A stretch of 64,000 nt of DNA from the human T2T-CHM13v2.0 reference genome, Homo sapiens: the NCBI RefSeq assembly GCF_009914755.1, contig NC_060927.1. One strand, written 5' to 3'. Position 1 is the first letter of the stretch, and every line of letters begins with the position of its first letter. The notes under the pieces are model-generated. The model searched no databases. It saw nothing but the letters and a program-made list of their open reading frames with translations, and had not been told where the DNA came from. Shown here one piece after another: positions 62,301 to 64,000 of the stretch. Position numbers and translations under genes: made by a program.

Positions 62301-64000
62301 GATTATATACCATACATAAAATATAAAGGAACCCCAAATATATATGATATACTGTACATGAAATATCAAAGTTCACAAACTATATATTATATACTGTAGA
62401 TAAAATATCAAAGTACCCAAGGTATATATTCTATACTGTAAAAAAAATATCAAAGTACCCAAAGCATGTATTAGATACTGTACATAAAATATGAAAGCAC
62501 ATCAAATATATATTATATTAGGTACATAAAATATGAAAGTACATAAAATATAGATGATATACTGTACATAAAATATCAAAGTAGCCCAAATATATATTAT
62601 ACAGTGTACATGAAATATCAAAATTTACAAAATATATATTATATAATGTACATAAAATATCAAAGTACCCAAAGCAAGTATTATATACTGTACATAAAAG
62701 ATGAAAGTACATGAAATATATATTTTATTCTGTACATAAAATATCAAAGTACACCAGATATATATTTTATAGTGTACATAAAATATCAAGGTACCCAAAC
62801 TATACATTATATACTGTACATAAAATATGGAATTACATCAAATATATATTATATTAGGTACGTAAAATATGAAAGTACATCAAATATAGATTATACACCA
62901 TACATAAAATATAAAGGAACCCCAAATATATACGATATACTGTACATGAAATATCAAACTTCACAAAATATATATTATATACTGTAGATAAAATATCAAA
63001 GTACCCAAGGTATATATTCTATACTGTAAAAAAAATATCAAAGTACCCAAAGCATGTATTATATACTGTACATAAAATATGAAAGCACATCAAATATATA
63101 TTATATTAGGTACATAAAACATGAAAGTACATAAAATATAGATGATATACTGTACATAAAATACCAAAGTAGCCCAAATATATATTATACAGTGTACATG
63201 AAATATCAAAATTTACAAAATATATATTATATAATGTACTTAAAATATCAAATACCCAAAGCAAGTATTATATACTGTACATAAGAGATGAAAGTACATC
63301 AAATATATATTTTATTCTGTACATAAAATATCAAAGTACACCAGATATATATTTTATAGTGTACATAAAATATCAAAGTACCCAAACTATACATTACATA
63401 CTGTACATAAAATATGAAAGAACATCAAATATATATTATATTAGGTACGTAAAATATGAAAGTACATCAAATATAGATTATATACAGTACATAATATATA
63501 AAAGAACCCCAACTATATATTATCTACTGTACATGAAATATCTAAATACACAAACTATATATTATACACTGTACATAAAATATCAAAGTACCCAAGGTAT
63601 ATATTCTATACTGTACAAAAAATATCAAAGTACCCAAAGCATGTATTATATACTGTACATAAAATATGAAAGTACACCAAATATATATTATATTAGGTAC
63701 GTAAAATATGAAAGTACATCAAATATAGATTATATACCATACATAAAATATAAAGCAACCCCAAATATATACGATATATTGTACATGAAATATCAAAGTT
63801 CACAAACTATATATTATATACTGTAGATAAAATATCAAAGTACCCAAGGTATATATTCTATACTGTAAACAAAATATCAAAGTACCCAAAGCATGTATTA
63901 TATACTGTACATAAAATATGAAAGTACATCAAATATATATTTTATTCTGCACATAAAATAACAAAGTACACCAGATATATATTTTATAGTGTACATAAAA
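50350..64000 (+). repeat. HSat1A variant domain IV (second block): G-type 9-mers with dense 5-mer cassettes, mostly 964-966-bp period
   Basis: Same diagnostic variants as 9.3-37.5 kb, fully established from ~51.3 kb. Cassette markers at 51649, 52615, 53581, 54545, ~55133, ~56350, 57316, 58280, 59244, 59832, 61554, 62518, ~63106. Confidence 0.85.
52280..64000 (+). repeat. Duplicated block ~52.3-56.0 kb repeated at ~59.5-64.0 kb (offset 7217, then 7973)
   Basis: ORF pairs 52615/59832, 52869/60086, 53247/60464 (offset 7217), then 53667/61640, 54211/62184, 55386/63359 (offset 7973). The difference of 756 bp equals two 9-mers. Confidence 0.82.

Larger units (their letters stand above)
1..64000 (+). 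repeat. Human Satellite 1A (HSat1A / SAR / classical Satellite I) tandem array, 42-bp monomer, single orientation
   Basis: Every part of the window is variants of GTACATAAAATATCAAAGTACCCAAACTATATATTATATACT (42 bp), with GTAC (RsaI) sites splitting it into 17-bp and 25-bp parts. The translated frame repeats every 14 aa. The 42-bp (17+25) unit with a 378-bp HOR is the established HSat1A structure. Family assignment is by recognition, not database search. Confidence 0.96.

Noticed and set aside
1-64000. CRISPR-like pattern of a conserved part (TACTGTACATAAAATAT) alternating with a variable part
   Set aside because: The variable parts are homologous to one another and cycle every nine monomers. 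There are no unique spacers, leader or cas genes.
1-64000. Alpha satellite/CENP-B boxes, HSat1B, HSat2/3 or telomeric repeats
   Set aside because: No 171-bp period, CENP-B box, Alu-containing ~2.4-kb unit, CATTC pentamers or TTAGGG runs were seen; TTAGGT in m7 is a single incidental motif.
1-64000. Inversion or transposon insertion within the array
   Set aside because: The A-rich orientation is constant throughout and I saw no non-satellite stretch. Very short insertions could be missed by eye.
1-64000. TATA-like boxes and short palindromes (TGTACA, TATATA, TACGTA) as promoters or hairpins
   Set aside because: They are expected from the AT-rich monomer composition and have no supporting context for regulatory function.

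Overview
The whole 64-kb window is one uninterrupted, single-orientation, very AT-rich tandem satellite. Its 42-bp monomer (consensus about GTACATAAAATATCAAA-GTACCCAAACTATATATTATATACT, a 17-bp plus a 25-bp GTAC-delimited subunit) is organised into a 378-bp 9-monomer higher-order repeat (HOR). This matches human/hominid classical Satellite I, i.e. HSat1A (RepeatMasker SAR), known from acrocentric short arms and the chr3/chr4 centromeric regions; the chromosome cannot be assigned from the window alone. I see no genes, RNA genes, transposon insertions, CRISPR array or inversion. All listed ORFs are artefacts of a 3n-length monomer with one stop-poor frame. The interesting content is the layered satellite architecture. 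Monomers are numbered here by their in-frame translation: m1 MKYQSSQT, m2 QGIYSIL, m3 KKYQSTQSM, m4 YESTSNIYFIL, m5 P(N/D)IY(S/F)IV, m6 QTIHYIL, m7 YEITSNIYYIR, m8 SNIDYIL, m9 PNIYYIL. Layers seen: (i) four sequence-variant domains that recur in the same order about 42 kb apart, suggesting a diverged ~42-kb macro-repeat; (ii) deletion-derived 8-, 7-, 6- and 5-mer HOR variants, with a 210-bp 5-mer cassette in about 31 copies creating 588/966/1344/1722-bp periods; (iii) recent duplications with offsets of 1119, 2685, 3274, 5497, 5914 and 7217/7973 bp; (iv) a ~0.7-kb ectopic patch copied between domains. I did not find a protein-coding or mobile-element system. Boundaries were read by eye and are approximate (about +/-100-300 bp).
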